A DNA stretch of 64,000 nt from assembly GCA_965644315.1 (NCBI GenBank), contig CBFFRQ010000064.1, forward strand, positions 1 through 64,000, in the 5' to 3' direction. Source of the stretch: Caecitellus pseudoparvulus (lineage: Eukaryota; Protista; Bigyra: Bicosoecida). Each line of letters starts with the position of its first letter. Position 1 is the stretch's first letter. Shown one piece after another: positions 32,874-45,374 of this stretch. A program made the position numbers and the translations under genes. Under the pieces are notes generated by a model. The model was not told the origin of the DNA. It ran no database searches and worked only from the letters and a program-made list of their open reading frames with translations.

Positions 32874-35800
32874 CTAGCGGTGCACCGCAGTTCCTGGCGC
32901 GTCCATGAGGCCTGCTCGCTGCGCCTTGGTGATCACGGCTGTGAGCTTGGCGTGCCGCGCTTTTAGAGCCGCCACTTCCTCCCTGGCAGCCTTCATGTCT
33001 CGCTTGCGGCGCTCAAAGTCCTTGGCCAGCATGTCGTCATGTGCGAAGCCTTGTTCTGTCTTCTTGGCTTCGATAGTGCTGCGCTGGGCTTCACGCTGTG
33101 CCTTCAAGGACGCCATCTCGTCGCGGCGGCTGCGCACCGTCGCCTCCACCTCCGCCAACTGCCCCGCCAGCTCCCCCGCCTCCACAGCCACGAACTGCAG
33201 CTTCTCCTTCACGTGTGTCAGCACCTGCACCGTCGTGGTGGTTTTCTTGCGCAGCTTGTGCAGTTCCTCGTTGCGGTCTTCGATCTTCTCGTTCAGCGTG
33301 CTGTTCTCGATCTTCAGCTGCTCAAAGTCGATGAGGGCCAGCCCGTCAGCCAGGTGCTCCTTGGCGCGCAGCTTGGCGGCCAGGTCCTCCTGCACGCCCT
33401 TGAGCTTGATGTTCTTCACACGCGCCCGCTCCACGTCGGCGTCACGGGCCGCCTCCTCTTCCTCAAACCGCTGCACGTCACGGGGGTCCAGGGGCCGCCC
33501 AGTGATGCTGTTTGCGGCGCCGCCTGCCACCGTGCGCTTCCACTGTGACAGGGACTGGGAAATCTCCACTGCCTCTGCCTTGCGCGCCTCGATGCGCCGC
33601 TGCAGCGCCAGGGACTCGTGCTGCTGTTTGTCCCTCGCCTCAGCAAACTCCGCACGCTTGGCCGCCAGCGCTTGCAGTGTTTCCCTGTACCGCTGCAGAG
33701 CGCCAGCGGAGGGGCCGCCGCCAGCCTCACCCTCCCGCGCCGTGCTCTCGTCACTGGTCTTGCGCACGTCGAAGTACGCGACGAGGTGGCGCTGGAGCAG
33801 GACGTTGCGCTCAGCCAGGGCCTCCTGCCGCGCCGTCGCCTCCTGCAGCTCAGCCATGAGGCGGTGGTACTCGGCAACGCGCATGGCTGCCGCCTCAGCG
33901 GCGTCCTCCTCCTCCATGGCCGTGGTGCCAGGCCCACCCAGGGCAGCAGAGGGCCGCCCCGCGGCGCTGGCGTCCTCGCTGCCGCCCACACCCGGGAGGG
34001 GCATGCCGTCTTCCCCCGTGAGCCCCACCATGGCCCCCCCAGCTAGCGCTGCAGAGCGGGCAGCTACCGCCTCTGCCGCTTGCTCCTGCACCGCCGCCGT
34101 GTCAGCACTGGTGATGAGGGTCACTGCCACTTGCACCTGCTGCGCGCCCCCTGGCGTGGTGATGCCCACTGTGCAGCTTGCAGCGTCATAGCCAGGCGGC
34201 GGGGGCACGGCATCCGGTGCCAGGCCCAGGGCGATGTCTAGCAGGGGCGGCGCGGCGGCGGGTGCGCCCTGTGCACTGCTGCTCTGCACGGCGATGTAGA
34301 CGCAGGGCGGGTCCACCTGCCCCCCCTCGCCGGCCCCTGCACTGGCGCCGCCCTCTGCGGCGAACAGCTGCTGCACCAGCACGGTGCTGGGCAGGAGGTC
34401 GGCGAGGTTGGGCCCCATGAGGCTCCAGGAGGTGTCCCCGCCCGTGTCCAGCTGCCCCACGGAGGCCATGATGTCCATGGTGTCCTTGCCCGTGACCAGT
34501 GTGGCGCCGGTGATGGGCGCACTCAGCTCTGTCCCGTCGTCGGAGGTGGTGCCCACGCTCACGCACAGCCCCGCGTTCAAGCCGTACATCTGCGGGCCAG
34601 AGGTGGGCACCACCTCCGCCCCCTCCGCCCGGGCCAAGCTCACCAGGCCCTCCCTGTCCACCAGCGAGAACTGGGGGCGGTGGAAGGGGGGCGGGGGCTG
34701 CTCCCCCAGCCCCACACTCACATGCGTGAATGGCGCCAGGGGAATGGCTTGCTCCTCCTCAAGTGGCGAGGCATCCCCCCCACCCTCGCCGCCGTCGCCA
34801 TCGCCGCCAGTCTCGCCGTGCAGGGGCGGCGGGGGAGACGCCAGCAGCGCCCCGCCGCCTGCCTCCAGCGCGGCCGGCAAGCTAGCCAGCCGCACCGGGC
34901 CTGAGCCGATGGACGGCAGCACAGTGGGCCCACCCTCGCCCACGCCCTCCAGCACTGGCGCAGGGTGTGTGTACGAGTCCCAGCCCTCCCACTCCTGCCC
35001 TGGCAGGCACGCCGCCTGCAGTGACCCACCCACAAACTGCCTCACCACCCCTGGCGCGGACGTGCCGGCGGCCAGCAGTGCGTCACTCCATTCCTGCACG
35101 AAGGAGCCCTGGCCAGAGGCAGCCTGCTCCAGGGCCGCCGCCACCACCTGCACTGGCGCCAGGACCAGGCGTGCCGTGAACAGCCCTTCCTCCTCCAAGT
35201 CCAGGGGCAGGCGCAGGGGGGCGTCGGGTCCCCCCTGCAGACGCGCCTGGGGCCCGGCCACACTCTCCACCTCCCACGGCAGGACCAGCGCTGAGATGTC
35301 CCCGTGGGCGTCTTCGCCGGGCCCAGCCGCTTCCAGGGCTGAGATGCCGTCAGGCGTGACCTCTGCCGGGTCCACAGGCGGCACCGGCAGGGTGGCGGCA
35401 CGGTGGCCCTCGGCGTCCTGCCGTGTCACGCCCGCCAGGCCATGGCAGCTCCGCAGGACCAAGCCAAGCACGCTGTAGCCCGGGTCCGTCACTGTTACAG
35501 TCGCGAATGTGCGCTGGGGACCCAGCGTGGCCAGGGGCCAAGCAGCGCCAGCCACTGAGTCCTCCTCCGGCACCTGCCCCACCACGACACAGCCACCGTG
35601 GCAGTACGCCTCCACGACGGAGACAAGGATGGAACCAGGGCTGGCATCGCCCTTGCCGTCCTCCTCGGTCACGGGCCCGGGTGCTGCGCTCGTGTGCACG
35701 CCAATGCCCATTGCCCGTGCCAGCCCGGTGGCGGCGGGGTCCTGTTCGCCGCCGTCGGCCACGGCAGCAGCACGGGCGGGGCCCATGGCGGCGAAGACGG

Positions 35801-36222
35801 CCTCCAGGGCATCAGCGCCTTCCTCTGCCTGCACGGTGAAGGTGTAGCTCAGCTCCTCCACGGCGTCGCCGACGCCGCCGCTGAAGTATCGCTCGGCAGG
35901 CAGGCGCCCATTTGCGCCAGCACTCCCACGGAAGCCGCGGGTGCCGCACACTTCCGCGTGGGTCTGCGCCACCACACATGCTGGGTGGGCGATGTCGAAT
36001 CCCCTGTCATGGCGCGCAGGGCGACGAGTGCAGGGGGCCAGGCAGGGAGGGCCAGTTTGCTTTCGGCACACTCACTCGCTTGCTCTTTGCTGCGCCAGTG
36101 CCTCAGCCACTGCCTTGCTCACTGCAGCGAGGGGGGAGGCGCGAATAAGGGACGTGCTTTTGCGTCTTCGCTCACTGCAGCCAGGCACTGTGCGCCTCAC
36201 CTTGCTCCATCGCTGCCGCCAT
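32874..36222 (-). CDS. CCDC96: CCDC96/CFAP184 (DUF4201) coiled-coil ciliary protein with ~700 aa N-terminal extension
   Basis: C-terminal KEHLADGLALIDFEQLKIENSTLNEKIEDRNEELHKLRKKTTTTVQVLTHVKEKL. Start MAAAMEQ at 36222 inferred through two short introns. Confidence 0.85.
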
Positions 36223-36778
36223 GCTGCTCGCGATGTCAGGTCAGCCCGTCGTGCAATTACCGCAGACAGCTCCGTCCACAGCAGCAGCCGCCAAGTGCCG
36301 AAGGGGGGCAGGAACTGGATTCAACTCGCACAATATCGGACAAGACTGAGCAAGGGCGTGCACTCCCCAGCCAGTACCGACACACTTGGACAGGTGCAGC
36401 CCACCTGCACCAACGCCAGCTGTGCTGAGATGAAGCCGAAGCTGCAGCAGCTTCTGCCGGTGCAGCATAGCAGTACCCTGTAAGCAGTCGCTTGTTTTGA
36501 CGGCTGCGGGGATCCCCATGTCTTTGCAGCCGCAGGTTCGTGCTCCCCCCCCACAGGCCACCCCCCCTGCACAACCCTCGCTGCCGCCCAGGACAAGCAC
36601 TCGCACCGCATCACAACGCACCACTGCACCGCCACAGCGAGCCTTCTGGATTGAGCTCTGTGTGAGTGCTGACCTTTCCTTCACCCTGCTTCCTTCAGCG
36701 AGCCAGCGTGCGGCCTGCACGGCGTGCCGCGGTGCAATCAGCGGCAGTGCGGCAGGTGACGTGGACTGTGCTTGACAC

Positions 36779-37465
36779 ATGGCGGCCACTCCCGACAGCG
36801 CGTGGGACAGCTCCGACACGGGCCCACGCCGGTCCTCCCGAGCGAAGAAGTCGCGCCAGCGTTCCGTGGCTGTGAAAGGCATCCCGGACACGCTGCCAGC
36901 CTTCTTGCGCAAGACGTACTTTATGTTGGAGCACCCGGAGGAGTTTGGGCAGTGCATTCGCTGGAGTGAGGATGGAGCCATCGTGGTCATCGACAAGGTG
37001 CGTGACTTGGGTGCTAAGCTCCTGTGCCCTGTCATGTGAGCCCTGTCTGCCTCTGGGCTCGGCCTGGAGCCTGTCAGCGTGGAGCTGCGCGGACAGCTGG
37101 TGCGCGGATTTTGGTGTGACGCTCAGCCACTTTCTTCTCCCTCCCCGCAGCTGGACAAGTTCAGCGCAACGGTACTGCCGCAGTTTTTCAAGCACTCCAA
37201 CTATGCCTCCTTTGTGAGGCAGCTGAACATGTGCGCGTGCGCGCCTGGCCTGCCCCGCCCCGCGTCCCCTGCACCTCCCGCAACGCTTGCCTGCGCAGGT
37301 ACGGCTTCCACAAGACGTCCCCCGACCCCACCTGCCGAGAGTTCAGGCACCCGCTCTTTCAGCGAGGGCGCCCTGAGCTCGTTGCAGACATCCGCCGCAA
37401 GACCAGTGGCACCACCAAGCCCAAGGAGTCAACCCCCGCCACTGCAGCGAGTGTCCCCGTTCGCA

Positions 37466-37496
<31 letters not shown>

Positions 37497-38925
37497 GAGC
37501 GGCCCCACTCCACCCCCGCCCATCCACGTGAACCCAGCCCAGCAGTCCAAAGACCGAGGCGTGCCTCCTCTCCCCGCCTCCCTCCCAGCCACTGCATCAC
37601 ACCCCATTCCGCCGGCAGTGGCCGTCGCCGCAGCGACCGCAGCGGCTGGTGGTCTCGACGGGCGGCCCGCGCACACACAGGAGCGGAGCAGCGCCAACCT
37701 GCACTCTGTGAACACGTCCATGCCCCTCACGTTCCTGCAGAGCCTGGCCGGTGGGGGGCTGGAGCCGCACCGGCTGGGTGTGGACGCCATGCTAACACAG
37801 CTGGTGGAGCAGCGCACCGCCCAGCAGCAGCTGCAGGCAAAGGTGGCTGCCCTGCAGCAGGCAGCCTCCTCTTCCGAGGCAGAGGTGAAGCAGCTGCACC
37901 AGCAGCTGCAGCACTCCGCGAACCGCCAGTCCGCCATCCAGCGGCGCCTGGAGCGCCTCATGATGTTCACCTACGAACTGTACCGTTCCCTGTGGTCCTT
38001 GCACCAGCAAGGCAAGCTGACGGGAGCAGGGGGTGCCTCTCCCCGCCTCACTGCGGGCGACGCCCCCGCCCTGCTCACAGACGGCTCAGCGGGGCCCACC
38101 GACCTGGACAAGCTGTTCTTCAGCCCCTCCGGCATCGTGTCCCCTGAGAAGTTCGCCAAGATGCTGGACTTCGTGGAGCTGTCCAAGGACCGGTACACGA
38201 GGGGCCCCAGTGCCCTGCGCAGTGGGCTGGGCGACGACATCCTCCGCATCGCCGACGCCGCCGCCACGCCGCCTGAGGTGGTGTCCTCCGAAGCGCGCCG
38301 GTGGGCGGGCGCCACAGGCACAGGGCTGGGCACAGAGGCGGTGCCGCCGCCGGCATCGCGCCCTGCGCCGCCCGTGGCGCCGCCCTCCAAGGCGACAGAC
38401 CCCCTGCTGCAAGCGCTGGGGGAGCTGCCGGGGGGGGGTGCAGGCAGCGTGGCTGGGCCGTCCCCCCCCCTCGTCCCCGCCTCCGCCATGGCTCCACTGG
38501 GCTCCCTGGACGGCTTTGAGACGGGCTCCCTGCCGTCGCTGCCCGTCCCTGCCTCCCTGGATGGCGACGCGCTGCCCCCCCCAGCTCAAGTTGGCGGGGT
38601 GAAGCGGGCGCGGTCCACGGACGGCCTGGAGCAGGAGGTAGAGTCACTCACCGGCCCCCGCGTCTCCAGCAGCGCTGCCATGGCGCAGGAGCTGAACCAC
38701 CTCATGAGCCGCTCCGAGGCCCTCAGCGACATGGAGCACTGCCTGCTGGGGCAGCTGGCTGAGCGGGACATGGAGCTGAGCCACGAGTACCCTGAGGCGC
38801 ATGCGGACTTCAGCCAGGCCCTGGGGCACGGCATGGGGCAGGGCGAGCTGGACAAGGACGGCATGGCGCTGGTGGACTTGGACGAACAGGGCAGCTCCTC
38901 CTCGGGCACGCGCGGCGATGTGTGA
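36779..38925 (+). CDS. HSF: Heat shock transcription factor (HSF DNA-binding domain plus heptad coiled coil), 2 introns
   Basis: PAFLRKTYFML..IRWSEDG, VLPQFFKHSNYASFVRQLNM|YGFHK, EFRHPLFQRG..IRRK, then a Gln-rich coiled coil. Confidence 0.93.
37468..37494 (+). repeat. (GGC)9 microsatellite encoding poly-Gly in HSF
   Basis: Read directly from the sequence. Confidence 0.9.
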
Positions 38926-39182
38926 GGCGGCAGCCTGCCAACGGGCGCCTGTCGCGAGCACAATCCACTGTCCCACGCAACGCTCCATGTCTGCGGGTGC
39001 CAAGCCACCTGCCCGCGCTGGCTCACACCCACGGCCCTGCCCAGCCACCATTCCGTCACAGGCACGGGGTGTGCCGGGCACGGCACCGCGGCATGTTCAC
39101 GCGGGCCTGCCGAAGCACGCCGCGCTCCTGTGCATGCCCCAGCAATTTCCGCGCTTGCAAGAACGTGCCGAGTCCCTGCGCC

Positions 39183-40973
39183 ATGGCCCCCCAGGACCCT
39201 GCCACACAGCAGCAGTGTGGGCGCTGGGTCATCATTGCGACCTACGGTGCGTGCCAGGTGTCCCTGTGCCGCCTGGCGGCTGGCACCCTTCACGTGGCAG
39301 CACACCTCTCACCTTCCCGCTTGCTGCGCCAGTGCTGTGTCTGGGTGGCCTGCCCTTCCTGGCGTGGGAGCTGCTGAAGCGGGGAGCAGAGAACCACATT
39401 GTCGTGTGGGTCATTGCTGCTGTCTTCGTCATGCTGACGGTGCCGCTGTCAGTGCATGACATCGTGCAGCACCTGCTGCACTTTGCCAAACCGACGCTGC
39501 AGGTGAGGCGCAGCGAGCGTGTCACCCTGCCCGCCGCCTGCGCTCCACGCTGCACCCGTGCACCTGCAGAAGTACGTCGTGCGCATCATGTGGATGGTGC
39601 CCATTTACTCCATCAGCTCCTTCCTCAGCCTGGTGCTGAAGGACAGCTCCCCCTACCTGGACGTCATCCGAGACTTCTACGAGTGCTTCGTCATCCACGC
39701 CTTCGTCGCCTTCCTCATCGCCTGGTGTGGCAGCGAGGACCAGCTGGCGTCCAAACTGCGCCAGAAGCCCCCCAGCAAGGGGGCCCACCTGTGGCCCATG
39801 TCCTGCTGCCTGCCCCGCTGGCGCCTGGGCCGGGACTTCCTCTGGCGCTGCAAGTGGGGCACGCTGCAGTACATCGTGGTGAAGACCACCTGTGCCATCG
39901 CCACGCTCATCATGCAGGCTCTGGACGTGTACGGCGAGGGGGAGGTGTTCTCCCTCACCCACGGCTACCTGTACGTGTCCCTCCTGTCGGCGGTGTCCCA
40001 GACCTACGCCATCTACTGCCTCGTCCTCTTCTACCACGCCATGTCGGGCGACCTCGCCCCCATGAACCCCGTTCCCAAGTTCCTCACCGTCAAGGCCGTC
40101 GTCTTCGCGACGTGGGCGCAGTCCGTCGCCGTCGCTGCGGCGGTGCAGTTGGGCCTCATCGCGCCCTTCATCACGGCGCAGTACTCCGAAGAGGACATCG
40201 CCAAGGGCATCCAGAACTTCGCCATCTGCGTGGAGATGTTCATCGCAGCCCTCCTGCACCGCCGCATCTTCTCCTTCAGACAGTACTCCGCCGACTCGGG
40301 CGCTGGCGAGTACTCCTACGAGTCCCTCGCCCGCCTGGGCGTCCTGCCGCAGGGGGGCGGACAGGGGGACCACATGGGCTTCGGGCGGGGACAGCCCATC
40401 CCAGGCGTCTTGCGCAGGGGCATCTCCCCCGCCGTGGCCCGCCTGGCCATGGACTCCAGTGGCTCCTCCATCGGCTCTGATGGCGGGGGGTGGGATGCTG
40501 TGCTGCGCCCAGACGCACCCGGCCCTGATGCTGCGGGGGGGCGGGGCGGGGACGGTGAGACGGGGCGCCTCGTGCAAGACCCGGGCAGCGCGCCCAGCGC
40601 GGCAGCTGACACGGCGCCGCTGGTGCCGCCTGGGCCGGCCCCGCCCCCTGGTCCTGCCATGGGCAACTCCACCACGCGCCCCTTCCTGCGTGCCTTCATC
40701 GAGAGCACCATCCCCATGGACGTCGTCGCAGACATTGGTCGCACAGTGTCCAGGTCGCACCGCCAGGCCGTGCGCGACGACGACGACGCGAACACTTGGG
40801 TCGTCGCGCCAGGGTCCGCGGGCAAGTCAGTCACCATCCGCCACGCCTCTGCCACCACCGCCATGGCCAGCACGCTCAGTGTGGGGGCGCAGCCGGCTCG
40901 CTCTGACGTGCGGGGACGGCCCCAAGCCCCCCTGCCCCTGCTCCCAGCCCCAGACAAGGCCCATGGAACGTAG
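39183..40973 (+). CDS. TMEM184: TMEM184C / organic solute transporter alpha family membrane protein, 2 introns
   Basis: QHLLHFAKPTLQ|KYVVRIMWMVPIYS, IRDFYECFVI, KWGTLQY, PKFLTVKAVVFATW and GIQNFAICVEMF. Confidence 0.9.
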
Positions 40974-41192
40974 GCGATGGGTTGGGACTTTGTGTTGTTA
41001 GTTCCCGTGTTCGGGCCTGCCATGTACCGCCTGCTGCAGGCTCGCAGGGCTGCCGTGGGAGGGGGGAGGACATGGCTGCCTGCGGATTTTGAGGCCGAGC
41101 CACAGCGACACTGCCTTGCAAAATTCCACTCCTTGACAATGCATGCTTGCTGCGGCCTTGTCCAGGGTAAGCTGGACAATTCAAGACAGACC

Positions 41193-41837
41193 ATGAGTGA
41201 GTTCGACGACGAGGGGGACTTCTGGGACGGCGACGTGGAGCGTGACTTCCAGGGTGCATGTGCTGAAGGTGACGTTGCCACACTGCAGCAGCTGCTGAGC
41301 CTCACTGGCTGCCAGACCCTGGATGTGCACTGCTGGGATGAGACCGGGCTGCGACAAGCCTGCAGAGCCGGTCAGCTGGAAGTCGTGCAGCTGCTGCTGA
41401 GCCTGGGTGGCGAGCGGCAAGTGGACGTGATGGTGAGCGGCGGGCAGCCGTTCCTGTGGGCTGCCGAGCGGGGACACGTGCACATCTTGCAGGCGCTGCT
41501 GGCGCTGCCTCCCACCCGGCTCCAGGTGTCTGCTGACCTTGCCGCCCAGGCCATTGCTGGGGCCCTGCGTGGAGGTGCCCCTGCCGCCGCTGGGCTGCTC
41601 CTCACCCTGCCACCTAGCAGTCTGCCCAGCGTGCAGCAGCTGGTGGCGGAGACAGAGACGCAGCTGCTGGCGTCTGTGCCCACTGCTGGCACCCCCCAGC
41701 AAGCCCTCAGGAGCCTGCGTGGGAAGGCGCTGTGGGCTGGGCCGGCGAGGCGCCCTCCTCGTCGCCACATGGTGCTGCTGCGGGCTGCGGCGGCGGGGGG
41801 GGGGAGCGAACCACAGGGCTGGACGCCTGCGAGCTAG
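41193..41837 (+). CDS. Ankyrin-repeat protein
   Basis: Three ankyrin-like repeats: ACAEGDVATLQQLL, ACRAGQLEVVQLLL and AAERGHVHILQALL. ATG 41193 chosen as the start. Confidence 0.7.
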   Translation: MSEFDDEGDFWDGDVERDFQGACAEGDVATLQQLLSLTGCQTLDVHCWDETGLRQACRAGQLEVVQLLLSLGGERQVDVMVSGGQPFLWAAERGHVHILQALLALPPTRLQVSADLAAQAIAGALRGGAPAAAGLLLTLPPSSLPSVQQLVAETETQLLASVPTAGTPQQALRSLRGKALWAGPARRPPRRHMVLLRAAAAGGGSEPQGWTPAS

Positions 41838-43616
41838 GCGCAGCACTCGCCGCGTCACCGCTGCTGCCAGTCAAGGCACACGCCACGGCGTGGGCTGCCC
41901 AGTACTGCTGCGTCTCCGTCCCGCAGTGGGTGGCCGGCATGGCCACACCCGCCAGCTTACTCTGCCGCAGTGTGCTTGCAGCTGCCGAGTCGGCACCTGC
42001 CGCCCACGCTGCAGCGGCGGCATCCAGTGTGTCCCTGCTCTGTGGCAGGGGCGGCACGACCCCGGCCGTGTCCACGCCAAACACAGCCACGCCCAGGTCC
42101 AGCAAGCACTCCGCCCACTCCCGCCCATGCCACGTGGCAAGACTGGATGGCGAGGTGGGGGGGCCACCCTCCGCCCCCGCCCATGACGCAAGTAGGTGCG
42201 GCAGGAGCAGGTTCTGGACCAGGGCAGGCAGCCGGCAGGCCAGTGCCTGGACACCATCTGCCGACCCCCCCGGCTGGGGATTGGAGATGTGTCCACGGCT
42301 GGAGCCCTTAGGAGGCGCCTTCCTCCACACCAACGCAGCGTGGGTCCAGGCGGCGCCCGGCAGACGAGCACGCCCCCCTGCCTGGATACTGGCACGAAGG
42401 GGGGCCACGTCACGGGTACCGGCTGGCACGTGCACTGCCGCGTTGGCTGCGGGGGAGGGCGGCAGCATGAGCAGGGCCAGGCGTTTGTGCGGAACATGGG
42501 CCCATGCGGCGCCCAGCGCTGGGCGCATACTCGCCGCCCGGGCCACCACCCCAGCGGCGGTGCCCACGACGGCTCGACACCAGGTGGAGCCGAGGCTGCC
42601 TGCTGGCGCACAGGCGTTGAACGCCTGCACTCGCTCCGAAGGCGGCGCCCCCTGGGGCTGCGCTGGGGCCATGGCGCCCAGCGCCTCGCAGCAAACCTGG
42701 CAGTGCGCCTGCCATCGAGAGTCCTTGTCAGTGCGAGCACCAGCCCAGCGCGGCGCTGCACAGAGGGGGGGCAACCCGTCCAGCCCCGCAGGCGCGTCCT
42801 CCCTGCCGCAACCATTGGTCACCAGCACGGCGGTGTTGCCAGAGGCGGCCAGGTGGCGCAGGGAGCGGCCTAGGGACCGCAGCAGCGCCGGCGCAGGGTC
42901 AGCCCGGCCCCGACTGGCAGCGTCGCTGGCGGGCTTGCCCACCAGCTCCAGCGCAGCAGTGTGCATGGAATCCACGATGACCAGCCCGATGCCCTTCACC
43001 TGCGCTGGGGACAGCCCCGTGCCAGCGGTGGAGCCGCCCCTCGTCGCCGAAGCAAGCGCCTCCAGCTTGCTGCACAAACCGTGAATGCTGGGGACCGCCT
43101 CCAAATGGATCAGACTGAGAACGTGCTTCACGGCAGTGGAACGCACTTGGCTGAACCGCGCGCCGGCCTGCCTTCCACCCTGAGCAGCGGGGAGCGCCGG
43201 TGCAGTGTCTCGGCACAAGTGCGCAACGCAGGCGAAACGCACCTCGCCTCCCAACACCTCGCCTACTCGAGCCTTGCACACTTCCAGCAAACGAGACGCT
43301 GTCGCTGGAATAGTTGCAGTTGTGAAGAAGTAGACTCCCACATCTCGACGCAGGACGGTGGCCACAGCGGTGGCCAGGCACACCTGCGCAGGCGGCGCAA
43401 AGCCTGGTGCGCAAGCGAATTTGAGGCGACCGCGATGGGCGCGCTGACCTGTGTCTTCCCAGAGCCAGGCCCACCGAAGACCTCCGTCACTTCCCCGCTG
43501 CAGCAGCCCCCCGACAGCTCAGTCAGGGTCTGCCCGCCACACGGGAAGACGTCGCCCAGCAGCCTGTGAGCTGCCTCGAACCCCGCGGCTGCCCGCACCT
43601 CAGCACGGCCGGCCAT
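41707..43616 (-). CDS. RAD51D: RAD51 paralog, most like RAD51D, 1 intron
   Basis: GEVTEVFGGPGSGKTQ|VCL (Walker A), LVIVDS (Walker B), AVLVTN and RPALGAAWAHVP. Confidence 0.8.
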
Positions 43617-43904
43617 GGTGCAGAGCCATGCACAGCCCAGGCCAGTGCCTGGCGCAAGTCTTGAGTGTGGGGGTTGGTTGCGTGTTTGTACTTGGTGCTC
43701 TGATAAATGTGCAAACACAGTACACGGGGAGGCCACATATTGCCACTTGTACGTGATAGATCTACTTGCCCTTTCATAAAGCTGTACAGTTGCGAGTCGC
43801 TGATTTAGTGCTGCAGACGCGTGAGAGCACAAAAAGACAAAGTAACTCACACCTCTCGCAAGCTGCCCCCCACCCCGAACCTCGCAGACACGCCCCGCTT
43901 CACC

Positions 43905-45202
43905 ATGTCAGCTTCCACGGGGCGCACAGACGTGCCAGACGACGCCAACGCAGGTGCGTCAGAGGCGCCGAATCCACGCCCGGGCCTGCGGGTACAGCGA
44001 CGCCCTTGCCTGCACAGGGTGCGTCGGCACGCAGAGTGAGCAAGCAGGGAAGGCTGCAGGGTGTGCAGGGTGCCCCAATCAGGCGGCATGTGCGTCAGGT
44101 GCGGCACGGAAGGAGGATCCAGGTGTGTGCGGATGCGGAACTTGATGCGCGTTCCCTGGCACCCCCTGATGCACTGCGTGTACCCCGCCCTGCAGCTGTT
44201 GCGCGCGTGGCTGAGCGCCTGGCAGGTGTCAAGCACATTGTCCTTGTTTTGAGCGGCAAGGGTGGCGTGGGCAAGAGCACGGTCAGTTCCCAGCTCGCCC
44301 GGGCACTGAGTGCGGGTGGCAAGCAGGTGGGCCTGCTGGATGTGGACATCTGCGGCCCCAGCGCCCCCACCATGTTCAACCTGGTGGGGCAGCGCGTGCA
44401 CCAGAGCGCCACGGGCTGGTCGCCTGTGTGGGTGACTGAGTCGCTGGGCGTCATGAGCATCGGCTTCATGCTGCCTGGTCAGGACGACGCGGTGATCTGG
44501 CGGGGGCCGCGCAAGAACGGGCTCATCCAGCAGTTCCTCTGCGACGTGGAGTGGGGCCCCCTGGACTACCTCATCATCGACACGCCGCCAGGCACCAGTG
44601 ACGAGCACATCTCCATCGTGCAGTTCCTGAGCAAGGCCAACGTGGCTGGGGCTGTGGTGGTGACTACACCCCAGGAAGTGGCCATGGCAGATGTGCGCAA
44701 GGAACTCAACTTCGCGCGCAAGACGGGCCTGCCGGTCCTGGGCCTCGTGGAGAACATGCGCGGCTTCGCCTGCCGCACGTGCAGCGCCGTGACTGACATC
44801 TTCACCGCTGCAGCCGGGCCAGGCGGTCTCTCCGGCGCAGCCGCCATGGCGGCACAGTTCAAGGTGCCCCTGCTCGGGTCCCTGCCACTGGACCCGGCCC
44901 TCACCAAGGCCTGCGAGCAAGGCACCGTCTACGGGGAGGAGGACGGAGAGGGTGATTCGGTTGTGCCGGCTCCAGCTGCTGCGGCCGCTGGCGTGGCCGC
45001 CTTCCAGGCCATCGTGGCGAAGCTTCTGGAAGCAGTGGAGGGCAGTGCAGCGGCAGTGGCACCGCCTGCGACTACGCAGCCCTCGGCCGTGGACGTGCCT
45101 GCCCTGCTGGCTGAGCGGGAGCGCCTCCTGGCCCAACTTGCCACCGTGACTGCGTCGCTGTCTGCAGCAGGGGCCCTGCCCAGTGCCGGCGGGCCACAGT
45201 GA
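43905..45202 (+). CDS. NUBP1: Cytosolic Fe-S cluster assembly scaffold NUBP1/Nbp35, 2 introns
   Basis: N-terminal CX13CX2CX5C (CVGTQSEQAGKAAGCAGCPNQAAC), LSGKGGVGKST, DVDICGPS, VIWRGPRKNGLI and DTPPGTSDEH. Confidence 0.93.
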
Positions 45203-45374
45203 CGCGCCAGACAAATTTGAATGCACCCCCCTGCGCCTGCATGACTCGCCAGCCTGATCCACGCGCCCACCTCAACTGTGCCGAGCCAGCTGCCCCGCGA
45301 GGGCCAGTCACTTTAGCGCCAGCCGACGCCGAGCCGGCTCCGCTGACTGTCGGCCTCTTCGCCACGCCGCCAGC

